32,000 nucleotides of DNA from Promethearchaeota archaeon. GTDB lineage: Archaea; Asgardarchaeota; Lokiarchaeia; Sigyniarchaeales; Promethearchaeaceae. A program made the position numbers and the translations under genes. This document shows, in pieces, positions 8,958-18,991 of this stretch; positions within the stretch are counted from its first letter, which is position 1, and every line of letters begins with the position of its first letter. Below the pieces are notes generated by a model that was given only the letters and a program-made list of their open reading frames with translations, was not told the origin of the DNA and did no database searches. The stretch spans positions 30,001 through 62,000 of the forward strand of contig JAFGBS010000019.1 of the NCBI GenBank assembly GCA_016933055.1. Direction: 5' to 3'.

Positions 8958-11735
8958 TCAATCTATTAAACTTTCAATAATTGCGGGAATTTCATCAAAA
9001 TTTCCTACACAATTTGGATGGATCTCGATGGTTTTCGCTATTTCAAAAATGGATCGTAAATTATAAATAAGTTGGTCGAAGAAATCATAGAGGTCTCCCC
9101 GAAAAATTTGAATTTGATAATAATCCATGAAATATTTCTTTATCTCATCCATTTCTTTTCCATTAAGGCGCATATGAATCATTTTCTCTTGAATAGTTTT
9201 TCTACCACATTCACAGTAAGGATTATCCACACAAGAGCAGGTGAATAACTCTTGGGTCCAGCTTAATAAGAGATTTTTTATGAATTTAGGCAACTTTCGC
9301 TTTTTCTCAAAGGTTTCAGCATGCAGAAGTGACATAACTTGATTACTAAATAGAAGCGTTGAAGTTTTAGATTTTCCAGTAACAGATTTAATTTCATTAG
9401 CTAAAGCATTAGATATGTAAAAATTCTTGAATGGATTGAGATCAATCGCAATATCTACGAATATATTACTCCTTTTTAGATTTTCTGGGAGTTTTTCTAC
9501 TAAATCAAACCGATTTTTACCTAGTTCCAAACTTTCTCGTATTTTAAGACATTGACTTAATGTAAAAAAACCACTACTAGAAGCTATACCATATCTCGTA
9601 GGAATTATATTTTCATACGATTTCCGAGGGATAGGGTTTATGAAATCGTTTTCAATAAGGCTAAGCAAACACATTTTCAAGCTGAAATTGTTGTTTAACA
9701 TATTTTTCTGAAAATTTTGGAGATCTTTCAGGGATGCAGTTTTCCGATCGCGGTATTTCATTGTGATAAAAGCTAAAACCTCAGTAAACATTCGATCTTC
9801 ATCTGGATCTTGAAATATCTTTTCTATTCTTCCTTTTAGAAGAGAAATCGCTACTTTCTCTTCACTATCTAGCTGTCCCGCATTATAGCTCTTTCCCGGT
9901 TCACACAAAATTATTGCTTTCGCCTTATCATGTTTTCTATACCGACCCGCTCTTCCACACATTTGTTCGAATTCTGCAACAGTAAGCCAGTTAATACCCA
10001 TAGCAAGAGATTCAAAAATCACTTGACTAGCGGGAAAATCAACGCCTGCCGCGAGTGCCGCTGTAGTTACCACGCACGATATTTTTTGGGTTTGGAAAGC
10101 ATCTTCTACATGTAAACGTTCATCATAGGTGAGTCCTGCATGGTACGCTGCGGCCGAGATCCCATTGTGATTAAGGAATTTTGCAATGGATTCACATTTT
10201 CTTCTTGAATTTGTGAATACTAGGGATTGTCCACGAAATCCAAAACTAGATCGCATCTTAAACTCCTCAACAACTAAATCCATTAGCATCTTTTGTTTTT
10301 CAAATTCATTTAACACCAAGATTAAATGTCGTTCTAAAGGAACGGGTCGACCTCGAAATTCAATTAAAGTAGAAGTATAATGGTTGGCAAGCTCTCGTGC
10401 GTCTGAAAGCGTAGCTGAAAGGAATAAATATTGAGCACTTGGATATTGATGACGTAAACGAGCAATGAGTCCGTCTAACTGATACCCCCGATCAGTATTA
10501 TTCAGCATTTGAATTTCATCAATTACTAAAGTATGAATTCTATCGTGTTGCTTTTGCAAATATCCAGAACGCAACATAGCATCAATAGCTTCATAAGTCC
10601 CCACAATAACATTGGTATTGGATGATATTCGAGTTTTTTGTTTTCGTTTTCTGACAAACGAACCCCCAATTAAGAGGAAGGGGTGTATTCCATATTTTTT
10701 TAGTTCCTTGTATTCTTCATACCGTAGATTAGCTAATGCTACAAGCGGTACAGCGTAGATCATTACTCCCCCCTCCTTTAAAATTCTGGAAAAACCGCTG
10801 AGTTCCCCTAATAGCGTTTTACCGGAGGATGTAGATGATACAACTAAAAGACTTTTATCCCGAAATAATCCTTTTTCTACTGCAATCGATTGAATGGGGA
10901 GTAATTTATCAATTTTTTTTGTTTTGTAGTAGTGTTTCAATGGATTAGCTATAGGTAATCTAGAAATGAAGTTAGGTTTCGTAGTTTCATATTTTTTTAT
11001 AAGGGCTTCACTTCTGGATTTTGAATCCCATAACGAAAGTTCAGGATGGTTAACAGGATTGAAGTTGGGATTAAGCATTGCAATGGCTTGAGGAATTGAA
11101 CGATATCGCAATAATAGTCTTCCTAAAATTAATTTAAGCTGAGAATTAACTTGTATTCCCAAGTCCTTTTCAAGAATGTAATACATTTCTTTGCCCGCGC
11201 ATTCCTTACAGATCTTATCTTTATTTCGACTTAAAAAATATTCATTCTTATCTACTAAAGTAAACCGTTTTTGAGCTTTACAACTTTTACACATGAAATA
11301 TTTACGGATTTCAGGTCCTTGCATCCTTTCCGATAACTCCAAAAACAGTTTCAAATCTTCCTCTTCGGATTCGGCGGGAATTACAATAAAATTGATATTT
11401 TTTATTAGTTGCTTAAATAGCTTAACATCCAAGGGTTTCAAATTTTTCTTTAAATCCTGCTGGGGATTTTTGATCTCCTCTTTAGATGGCTTTGCAATAC
11501 GTTTCCAGAATTTATATGCTTCAATTGATGCTTCTTCAGAGGTACCAATGCGTTCTATTTGCACTAAACCTTTAAATATGGGTTTTTTATTATACGAGAG
11601 AACACCACGCTGCGGATTGTCTTCTAATAGTTTAAAAACATATAAATTAAAGAAATTCTTTCTTTTGTGCGAACTGTCTCTGTCTATTATCAGAAAAGAC
11701 AGTTTGGCCGTTTTTGTAATACTCATTAGCACCAT
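8958..11735 (-). CDS. Archaea-specific Ski2-like SF2 helicase (ASH-Ski2/COG1202-like)
   Basis: Walker A SSTSSGKTL, DEIQ box, LSATL, FTNSRRKCE, YHAGL, TTAALAAGVDFPA, QMCGRAGR. N-terminal CxxC...CxxC and C-terminal CSC...PYCECG zinc motifs. Confidence 0.9.
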   Translation of the reverse strand: MVLMSITKTAKLSFLIIDRDSSHKRKNFFNLYVFKLLEDNPQRGVLSYNKKPIFKGLVQIERIGTSEEASIEAYKFWKRIAKPSKEEIKNPQQDLKKNLKPLDVKLFKQLIKNINFIVIPAESEEEDLKLFLELSERMQGPEIRKYFMCKSCKAQKRFTLVDKNEYFLSRNKDKICKECAGKEMYYILEKDLGIQVNSQLKLILGRLLLRYRSIPQAIAMLNPNFNPVNHPELSLWDSKSRSEALIKKYETTKPNFISRLPIANPLKHYYKTKKIDKLLPIQSIAVEKGLFRDKSLLVVSSTSSGKTLLGELSGFSRILKEGGVMIYAVPLVALANLRYEEYKELKKYGIHPFLLIGGSFVRKRKQKTRISSNTNVIVGTYEAIDAMLRSGYLQKQHDRIHTLVIDEIQMLNNTDRGYQLDGLIARLRHQYPSAQYLFLSATLSDARELANHYTSTLIEFRGRPVPLERHLILVLNEFEKQKMLMDLVVEEFKMRSSFGFRGQSLVFTNSRRKCESIAKFLNHNGISAAAYHAGLTYDERLHVEDAFQTQKISCVVTTAALAAGVDFPASQVIFESLAMGINWLTVAEFEQMCGRAGRYRKHDKAKAIILCEPGKSYNAGQLDSEEKVAISLLKGRIEKIFQDPDEDRMFTEVLAFITMKYRDRKTASLKDLQNFQKNMLNNNFSLKMCLLSLIENDFINPIPRKSYENIIPTRYGIASSSGFFTLSQCLKIRESLELGKNRFDLVEKLPENLKRSNIFVDIAIDLNPFKNFYISNALANEIKSVTGKSKTSTLLFSNQVMSLLHAETFEKKRKLPKFIKNLLLSWTQELFTCSCVDNPYCECGRKTIQEKMIHMRLNGKEMDEIKKYFMDYYQIQIFRGDLYDFFDQLIYNLRSIFEIAKTIEIHPNCVGNFDEIPAIIESLID

Positions 11736-11799
11736 ATCAGACTTGAAAAGTATGCAAAATTACACAGATAACAAAAATACCCTAAAGAAAAAATTTTCG

Positions 11800-11967
11800 C
11801 TAAAAACCAAAAACATTTTTGATTTGATTGTAGATATCACGAATTTCTTTTAGTTTCTGTTCATCTCCGGCATTCAAATAGTGTTCTACCCATGCTGCAA
11901 GACCGCCTTCGGTATCTTCAATCCAATTCAAAAATACTTCCGCAACTGCTTTATCATCGTATGCCAT
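11800..11967 (-). CDS. Small 55-aa helical protein missing from the ORF track
   Basis: Manual translation: MAYDDKAVAEVFLNWIEDTEGGLAAWVEHYLNAGDEQKLKEIRDIYNQIKNVFGF*. GGTGAT RBS ends 5 nt before the ATG, and a T-rich tract follows the TAG. Confidence 0.75.
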   Translation of the reverse strand: MAYDDKAVAEVFLNWIEDTEGGLAAWVEHYLNAGDEQKLKEIRDIYNQIKNVFGF

Positions 11968-12085
11968 GTCGAATCACCATTGATAAGTATACTTAATTCT
12001 ATGTATTATTGCTAAAAACTTATTTATTATTCTTATTTGAAGAAAAATAAATTTTAAATGATTTTAAAGAAAAAAGTACATCAGT

Positions 12086-14956
12086 TTGCGAATTTTCAAT
12101 TTTCTATTCAAAAGTCTTTGGAGGAACAAGCGTAGAACCCTCTCGATCCTTTTAGGCATTACAGTTGCAACTTCATTAATGATAGGCATAAATTTATCCA
12201 TGGATGCGATGGGATATGATATATTGAGTGAAAATTTCGAAAATCAAACCGTTGATGTCTCGATACGTTCGGATCGGGCTTTTTCGGGTAATTTTACTTA
12301 TTTTACATCCTTATTTAATCAAACACTTACGGATTTATATCCAGAAATTCAAAATATATTCGGTGCAATCAAGTTTGAGTCTTATTTCACCGTATATAAA
12401 AAATCAGAACCCATTAATTGGACTTTTTACGAGCAATTGGATTATGATTGGCGTTGGTTTAATCAGACGATATTTTTTGGCATTGACCCCTATGTTGTAA
12501 ATCAAGATCGAATGCAAAATGTAATTCAATTTGTATCTCCCCTGGGAACTTTCTCTCCATCCCAAAATGAAATTTATATCGATCTCCAAAGTGCAATTCG
12601 AAATAACATAACCTTAGGGGATAATATTACAATAGGAAATTATTTTCATTTTTATTATCCAGATGAGGAAAATCATACGTATTCAATAGAAAATATTACT
12701 GTGGGGGGTTTTTTCAACATCCTCGATGATTTCAAATTTAATTATTTATTCCCACAGAACTATGTCTATGAACGTGAAAATTCTGTGAGAATTTTGACCA
12801 GTGAGAACTATATATATCAAATTTTGACGAATTTATGGAATAATATAAGTAATTTTCAGCGCTATGATCCCTGGCAGTATAATCAGTTCTGGCATGTAGG
12901 AATTGTCTTGGATCACACAAATTTTGATTATCTAAATCCACGAAAGATTCAAGTATTTTATAATAAATTAACTACAGATATTGTTTATTCAGATATTTCG
13001 TATAATTTTGAAGTAAATGCGTATGCATTGAATTTAATAGAAGAAATGGAATATCAGGTTCTGGCATTCAAAACCATTGCGTCTTCCATATCTATTCCAG
13101 TTTTATTGCTTGCATGGGTTCTTTTGAGCACAAATTATCATGTGGTGTTCAACAATCGTCGTAGAGAAATTGGATTGCTTAAAACACGTTTTTTCACAAA
13201 CGCAAAACTACGTAGATTATATTTTTCCGAATCAACTGTATTTGGAATTTTAGGTGGATTAGCCGGGATTGGATTTGGATTGCTTAGTGCAAGATATATT
13301 TATGGCATATTTTCTGAAAACACCACGTTCTTCTCTCTCATTTCATTACGTTCATTTCTCAGCAGCGCTCTCACGGGAGTTATACTTGGTACTGTTTTAT
13401 CATTAATAGCCTCAATCAAATCAACACTCACTTTTTCTAAATTATCTACTATTGAATCCTTACAAAAATATAATGTGGAAATACAAACAAGACCCCTTCA
13501 AATCCGCTGGTGGGATTGGTTATTATTGATAGTGACTTCATTATCCATAATTTTTTCAATATTGTTAGATCCTGATGCTGTTTTCAGTGGGCCGTCCTTA
13601 TGGCAGATATTATTATTAATACTGCTTCCATTTTTTTCGGTAATTTTGCCATTATCTCCGTTTATCTTAAGTTGGGTTATTGCCAAATTTATTAGTACAA
13701 TTTCCTTAGGATTTTTCACCAAGTTAATTTCAAAAATTACTCGATTTTTCAATAGGAAGACAGATTTTTTTGTAACCAGAAGTATTACTCGAAATAGATG
13801 GAGATCCACTCGCATTGTTGCAATAATCGCTATTGCGTTGAGTTTTTTATTCATTGCAGATATAACCGCAGCAACCGAAACTCAACATCAACAAGATACA
13901 ATGTTTGCATACACAGGAGGACATTCAGCTTTTGATATCTCTGCGACGAATTTAACGCGTGCTGAATTATGGGGCTATAGTGCGACATTAATGGAACAAG
14001 AAAACCTAACAGTGCAACATTCAAGTATTTTGAGTATTACTGGTTATTTCGACTTAGAGGGTTCCTATATGAGTGGACGTATTGTGTATGTAGACCCTAC
14101 GAATTATAGTTCCCATGTCGGAGATATTGACCGCTTTTTGGGGGAAAATAGCGCCCAGTTGCTTAATGCGTTAAGAGATACTCCTAATGGAACCCTAGTC
14201 CCTTCCAATCTCATCGAATTCATGGGACTATCAATCGGTCAATCAATCTTTATTACCTATCTTAACAGCACCAACTTGACTAGATATATTACCCAAGAAC
14301 TTCAAATTGTGGGAGAATATCAACTTATGCCTGGTTTAAATCCGTATGCATATAATCACCTGATTTGCAAGGATTTTTTGTCCGATTTAGAAGTAGAGCG
14401 CCATATTTGGCTAATAAATTATGAAAATTCAGAAAATATACACATTAAAAACGAACAAGTTATCCAAGCAATGAAAGAATTACATACTTCATCTACAATC
14501 CGATCAATTTATGATTCTGAGGAGGATGAATTATTTTCTCTCTTAAATTTCTTAGAAATCGAAAAATACTACTTTCTCATATTAGTAGCTATTGGAATTG
14601 CTATCACAATGTATAATTCGATTCAAGAAAAATCAGTAGATTTCGGATTACTCCGAGCTAGAGGGGTAGAAAAATGGACGATCGTCAAAACTCAGTTAAG
14701 CGAAGGTTTAGTATTTTTAACACTTGGAGCCATTATTAGTCTAAATGGGATCTTATCTGCATGGGCTCTTAACAATGCAATCGGGGGGATCCTAGAGCCT
14801 GCCGTTCCACGAACTCTCGCGATACCGATTTGGAGAATCCTTGTTGAATTGGGCGGATCCATCTTATTATTTGGTATAATTATTATCATCTCTTCATTAT
14901 TTGTATTAAAACAATCAAATGTCAAAAAAATAAGTGAAATTTTTCGAACAGCGTGA
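12086..14956 (+). CDS. ABC transporter permease, MacB/FtsX family (two FtsX repeats)
   Basis: N-terminal TM after RNKRRTLS, large extracytoplasmic domains, and FtsX motifs RRREIGLLKTR and DFGLLRARG. TTG start. Confidence 0.9.
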   Translation: MRIFNFLFKSLWRNKRRTLSILLGITVATSLMIGINLSMDAMGYDILSENFENQTVDVSIRSDRAFSGNFTYFTSLFNQTLTDLYPEIQNIFGAIKFESYFTVYKKSEPINWTFYEQLDYDWRWFNQTIFFGIDPYVVNQDRMQNVIQFVSPLGTFSPSQNEIYIDLQSAIRNNITLGDNITIGNYFHFYYPDEENHTYSIENITVGGFFNILDDFKFNYLFPQNYVYERENSVRILTSENYIYQILTNLWNNISNFQRYDPWQYNQFWHVGIVLDHTNFDYLNPRKIQVFYNKLTTDIVYSDISYNFEVNAYALNLIEEMEYQVLAFKTIASSISIPVLLLAWVLLSTNYHVVFNNRRREIGLLKTRFFTNAKLRRLYFSESTVFGILGGLAGIGFGLLSARYIYGIFSENTTFFSLISLRSFLSSALTGVILGTVLSLIASIKSTLTFSKLSTIESLQKYNVEIQTRPLQIRWWDWLLLIVTSLSIIFSILLDPDAVFSGPSLWQILLLILLPFFSVILPLSPFILSWVIAKFISTISLGFFTKLISKITRFFNRKTDFFVTRSITRNRWRSTRIVAIIAIALSFLFIADITAATETQHQQDTMFAYTGGHSAFDISATNLTRAELWGYSATLMEQENLTVQHSSILSITGYFDLEGSYMSGRIVYVDPTNYSSHVGDIDRFLGENSAQLLNALRDTPNGTLVPSNLIEFMGLSIGQSIFITYLNSTNLTRYITQELQIVGEYQLMPGLNPYAYNHLICKDFLSDLEVERHIWLINYENSENIHIKNEQVIQAMKELHTSSTIRSIYDSEEDELFSLLNFLEIEKYYFLILVAIGIAITMYNSIQEKSVDFGLLRARGVEKWTIVKTQLSEGLVFLTLGAIISLNGILSAWALNNAIGGILEPAVPRTLAIPIWRILVELGGSILLFGIIIIISSLFVLKQSNVKKISEIFRTA

Positions 14957-15811
14957 ATGGGTGAAAATCATATGCAGAAAGAAAAATTACGGGGAATTGT
15001 TATTGATGATCTGTTTAAAATTTATAAACGCGGAAAAATTGAAGTAGTTGCATTGAGAGGTCTAACTTGTGAGTTCGATCGGGGTAATTTAAGTGTTATA
15101 ATGGGTCCTTCCGGTTGCGGCAAAACTACTTTGTTAAATCTAATTGGGGGGTTAGATATTCCAAGTTCTGGTCGAATTATCTTTGAAAATGAAAATGTAA
15201 GTGGAAAATCGGAAAAAGAACTGGAAATTTATCGTAAAACGAAAGTGGGTTATGTATTTCAATTTATGAACCTAATTCCGGAACTAAACGCAGCAGAAAA
15301 TGTCGGTTTGCCATTACTACTAACTAACGTTTCAAAACGAGAGCGTGAAAATCGAATAAATGAATTATTAAATGTTGTTGGTTTATTTAATCGAGAAAAA
15401 CACATGCCGGATGAACTATCTGGTGGAGAACAACAAAGAGTTGCTATTGCAGCAGCACTTGCTCATAATCCTGATATTCTACTTTGTGATGAACCCACGG
15501 GGGAATTAGATACCGAATCGAAATATCACATCATGGATGTATTAAGAAATGTACTTAAAAAATATCCACAGAAAATTGTCTTAGTAGTCACCCATGACTC
15601 TGATCTACGGAAAATCGCAGATAAACTCTATTTCATTAAAGATGGAGAAATTTCCTTTGAATTAAATAGGGAGGAAATTATCGAAAAATACGGGGATTCA
15701 GTTGAGTTCAATGCAGAGGAAACCATTGCTTCAGAGAGGTTTTTTAAGGATTATAAAGAACTTGAATATTTGATCCGCGATAAATTGGAGAAGTTTGCAA
15801 AGGAGAAATAA
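14957..15811 (+). CDS. ABC transporter ATP-binding protein, LolD/MacB type
   Basis: GPSGCGKTT, GYVFQFMNL, LSGGEQQRVAIA, LLCDEPTGELD, VTHD. Abuts the permease stop. Confidence 0.95.
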   Translation: MGENHMQKEKLRGIVIDDLFKIYKRGKIEVVALRGLTCEFDRGNLSVIMGPSGCGKTTLLNLIGGLDIPSSGRIIFENENVSGKSEKELEIYRKTKVGYVFQFMNLIPELNAAENVGLPLLLTNVSKRERENRINELLNVVGLFNREKHMPDELSGGEQQRVAIAAALAHNPDILLCDEPTGELDTESKYHIMDVLRNVLKKYPQKIVLVVTHDSDLRKIADKLYFIKDGEISFELNREEIIEKYGDSVEFNAEETIASERFFKDYKELEYLIRDKLEKFAKEK

Positions 15812-15813
15812 AA

Positions 15814-16383
15814 ATGGATTTAAAATTTCATGCATTTGATAAATCGGGAAAACAAAATACCGTTCGTGCGCTCACCCTAGCCAAGGAAAACGCTGACATA
15901 TTAGGTATAAAGGACATTCTTATCGCATCTACGGAAGGATATACTGCGGAACAGGCAGTAAAAATTTTTGATCCAAACATATACAATCTCTTTGTTATAA
16001 CCCACAGTTTTGGATTTAGAGATGGTACTGACCAAGAATTTAATGAAGTTTTACGTCAAAATCTCGAAAAACAAGGTGTCCACGTTCACTCAAGCACACA
16101 TGTATATTCTGGAATCGGACCCGCTCTTCATAAGGAATGGGGATTTTGGGACTACTCCAACATATTTGCTCGAACCGTACGCAAACTATTTTCTGATGGA
16201 GTGAAGGTTTGTCACGAGATTGCCTTGATAGCCGCGGATTCTGGATTGGTAAAACCCGGATCTGATGTAATCAGTGTCGGTGGAACAGGTAGAGGGGCGG
16301 ATACCGTATGTTGGATCAAAGCTACTTCTAGTCATAACTTTCTTGACGCAAGAATCAAAGCTATCCTTGCCAAACCGATTTAG
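15814..16383 (+). CDS. Pyruvate kinase C-terminal-like domain protein (MTH1675/COG1751-like)
   Basis: GKQNT...ASTEGYTA, VITH..GF, GVKVCHEIALIAADSG, GGTGRGADT, ILAKP. Confidence 0.85.
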   Translation: MDLKFHAFDKSGKQNTVRALTLAKENADILGIKDILIASTEGYTAEQAVKIFDPNIYNLFVITHSFGFRDGTDQEFNEVLRQNLEKQGVHVHSSTHVYSGIGPALHKEWGFWDYSNIFARTVRKLFSDGVKVCHEIALIAADSGLVKPGSDVISVGGTGRGADTVCWIKATSSHNFLDARIKAILAKPI

Positions 16384-16566
16384 GGTTTTTAATTCGCTCA
16401 TTTATGGTGTTTCCAGTAATATTGCCAACGCCGTAGAAAAGGTAAAGACTACCTCTCAATAGATAGAAGATTCCTTTAATATTTTGGATTGATGTTTTGC
16501 GTCAGTTGCAAAAACAATGGCGGATTTTGTAGCACATGAATTATAATCGTACTTTGAATTGGGGGG

Positions 16567-17694
16567 TTAAGGCATCCGTCTTCGTTTAATACGTTTTAAT
16601 CGTTTATCTAGTTTTTCTGTAAGCTCATCAAAAACTGTGTTTAAATCCCACCCTCCTGCAGAGACAGACACAACATTACTTGGAATAAATGCTCGGGCTT
16701 TTACCTCAAACCTTCTTTTTTTTCCTGTCGATGATTTTACTCGACCATCTACTATAATTTCTTGAAGATCCGGATGAAATTCGAGACTTGCTGAAGTGAT
16801 TCGCTCAATTTTTCGCATAGCAGAATCTACAATGCTTTTATCAAAGTCCTTGAAACCAGATTTGATTATTGGGAGTTGAACAGCTGGTATAAATTGAGTT
16901 ATTAGAGTTATAATATCCCGGGGAGTAATAATTCCAACTGGGATGGAGTCTTCTATAACAAGGCAATAACCCTTGCTTTTAGTGATCATTTTGCGAATCA
17001 CATTTAATACACTTGTGTTTCGTGTAACTTTAAGAGGGTGTTTGTCATAAGTTTCTTTAATACCTTTTTCCCAAATTCTTATGTTATTACCTATTCTCTC
17101 CCCGACTTTTTGACTTTCACTTGGTTGGATATAATTAATTACCAAATCTTTCGCTGTTAATATACCTAAAAGTTTTCCATCTCTACCTACTACGGGTAAG
17201 TGACTTATTCCCTTATTACGCATGTGTTCCCTAACTACACTTATTGAGGAGTGTATCTCAACTGTAACTATATCTTGTACCATTAACTCATCTGCGGTAA
17301 GCCCTTTTAGATCTTTACAAGATGCCATTTTGCTTAAGAGTGTATTTTGTCGCACTATTCCTTCTACGGATTTATTTTCTCTTACCAGTAAAATTCGGAC
17401 TTTATAATCAATAAAAATCCTCGCAATGTCATAAATAGGAGTTTCTTGGGTTACACTTGGAGGTTCTATCGTGACACTTGCAACGGGAGTTCTTTCAGGA
17501 TGAGTTACTTCTAAAACATCTCTAACCGTAACAAGCTTTGATTGTTGACCATTTGTTACTACCACTTCGTAACTTTTTGATGACTTAAAAAGGGAAATCA
17601 ACTTAGAAATGTATTCAGAAGACTTAATTACTGGATAATTTTGCTCAATTATTTCACTAGCTGAAGATTCTGCAAGATTTTTTAAAAACTTCAT
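16567..17694 (-). CDS. Four-CBS-domain protein with a C-terminal HPF/RaiA-like domain (putative archaeal ribosome hibernation factor)
   Basis: CBS repeats (e.g. ISHLPVVGRDGKLLGILTAKDL, PVGIITPRDII), followed by a ~100-aa beta-alpha-beta-beta-beta-alpha domain (FEVKARAFIP...GWDLNTVFDELTEKLDKRL) with a basic tail. Confidence 0.75.
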   Translation of the reverse strand: MKFLKNLAESSASEIIEQNYPVIKSSEYISKLISLFKSSKSYEVVVTNGQQSKLVTVRDVLEVTHPERTPVASVTIEPPSVTQETPIYDIARIFIDYKVRILLVRENKSVEGIVRQNTLLSKMASCKDLKGLTADELMVQDIVTVEIHSSISVVREHMRNKGISHLPVVGRDGKLLGILTAKDLVINYIQPSESQKVGERIGNNIRIWEKGIKETYDKHPLKVTRNTSVLNVIRKMITKSKGYCLVIEDSIPVGIITPRDIITLITQFIPAVQLPIIKSGFKDFDKSIVDSAMRKIERITSASLEFHPDLQEIIVDGRVKSSTGKKRRFEVKARAFIPSNVVSVSAGGWDLNTVFDELTEKLDKRLKRIKRRRMP

Positions 17695-18083
17695 AATTAC
17701 TACACTATCTTTATAGATTCACTTATATAATATATTTTTCACATTTCGAATACGATTTGAACTCACATAAGATCCTATCATGGAAACTAACCAATATTGA
17801 CCCGAATGACAATATTGATTCTGAAATACGAAATCTTGAATAAATTTTGAAAAATATCCCTCCTAGTAGTCTTTTAAGAAAAAATTAATTCCGTCGATTT
17901 AAAAACTATAAAAACAAGATTAAGGTCATTTCAGTACAATCTACAATACGGTTTCAATGCCGATGTCTGATAAGTCATAAGATAAATGAATTATCAAATA
18001 TTCTTCCAATTGGGTTACTGTTAAAGGAATCTGGTTGAAGATTGCATATCATACACATTGTGTTGATTCCTAATATGCTTAAT

Positions 18084-18956
18084 TTATGCCTTTTTTTCTG
18101 CACGGATTCGTTTAAGAAAAGATAAATAAGTATTTTCTAATAGCATTGCAATAGTCATGGGACCCACGCCCCCGGGCACGGGAGTAATAGCCGTACATTT
18201 ATCCTTTATACCCTCAAAATCCGCATCTCCGCATAATTTACCTTTTTCATCGCGATTAATCCCCGCATCAATATATACAACACCCTCCTTAATTCGATCC
18301 TTGGTAACAAAATTTACTCGGCCTACACCCGTAACTAGTATATCTGCCCTTCTCATATGGAAATCCAGATCTTTAGTTCTTGTATGACATACGGTGACTG
18401 TTCCATTTCGTTTAAGGAACATCATAACCAAGGGTTTTCCGATTATGATAGAACGATTCACAATTACGACTTCTTTTCCCTCAATTTTGATGTCATATTC
18501 TTCCAAAAGTCGAATCATTCCCTTGGGAGTAGCCGCAGTATAAGTTTCATCTCCCATGGTGGTTAATCCGATGGTATATGGACTAAGACCATCTACATCT
18601 TTTTCTGGAGAAATTTTTTGAACAATTTCATCAGTTCTATTTCGTAAATGGGGGGGAAGAGGTAATTGTAGTAATATTCCGTCTATATCATCCATATAAT
18701 TAATTTCATCAATTGCCGCAACTAATTGGGAAAATGAACAGTTTTCTGGCAAATGAACGCTCTTAGAAGTGATCCCTACTTGGTCGCACGCTTTGATTTT
18801 CATATCAACATACATTTTGCTTGCGGCATCCTCTCCGACAAGTATAGTACTTAATCCAGGGTGCCTGTCATGCAATTTTACAGATTGGATTATCTTTTCT
18901 TGCAGTTCTAGTTTGATTTTTTCAGAAGTCTTTTTTCCATCTAAGATTAGTCCCAT
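18084..18956 (-). CDS. folD: Bifunctional methylenetetrahydrofolate dehydrogenase/cyclohydrolase
   Basis: ILDGKK, YVDMKIKAC, DGILLQLPLP, EKDVDGL, NRSIIIGKP, CHTRT, TPVPGGVGPMT. The real start is probably the ATG at 18956, not 19079 (which would overlap the upstream gene). Confidence 0.96.
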   Translation of the reverse strand: MGLILDGKKTSEKIKLELQEKIIQSVKLHDRHPGLSTILVGEDAASKMYVDMKIKACDQVGITSKSVHLPENCSFSQLVAAIDEINYMDDIDGILLQLPLPPHLRNRTDEIVQKISPEKDVDGLSPYTIGLTTMGDETYTAATPKGMIRLLEEYDIKIEGKEVVIVNRSIIIGKPLVMMFLKRNGTVTVCHTRTKDLDFHMRRADILVTGVGRVNFVTKDRIKEGVVYIDAGINRDEKGKLCGDADFEGIKDKCTAITPVPGGVGPMTIAMLLENTYLSFLKRIRAEKKA

Positions 18957-18991
18957 ATACAATAAACACGAAAGCACCTTTAAAAAAAGGA

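Noticed and set aside
17700-18083. ~380-bp gap between folD and the CBS-HPF gene as a pseudogene or ncRNA
   Set aside because: Short protein-like fragments exist in some frames but are interrupted and unrecognisable; no clear hairpin or tRNA-like structure was seen.
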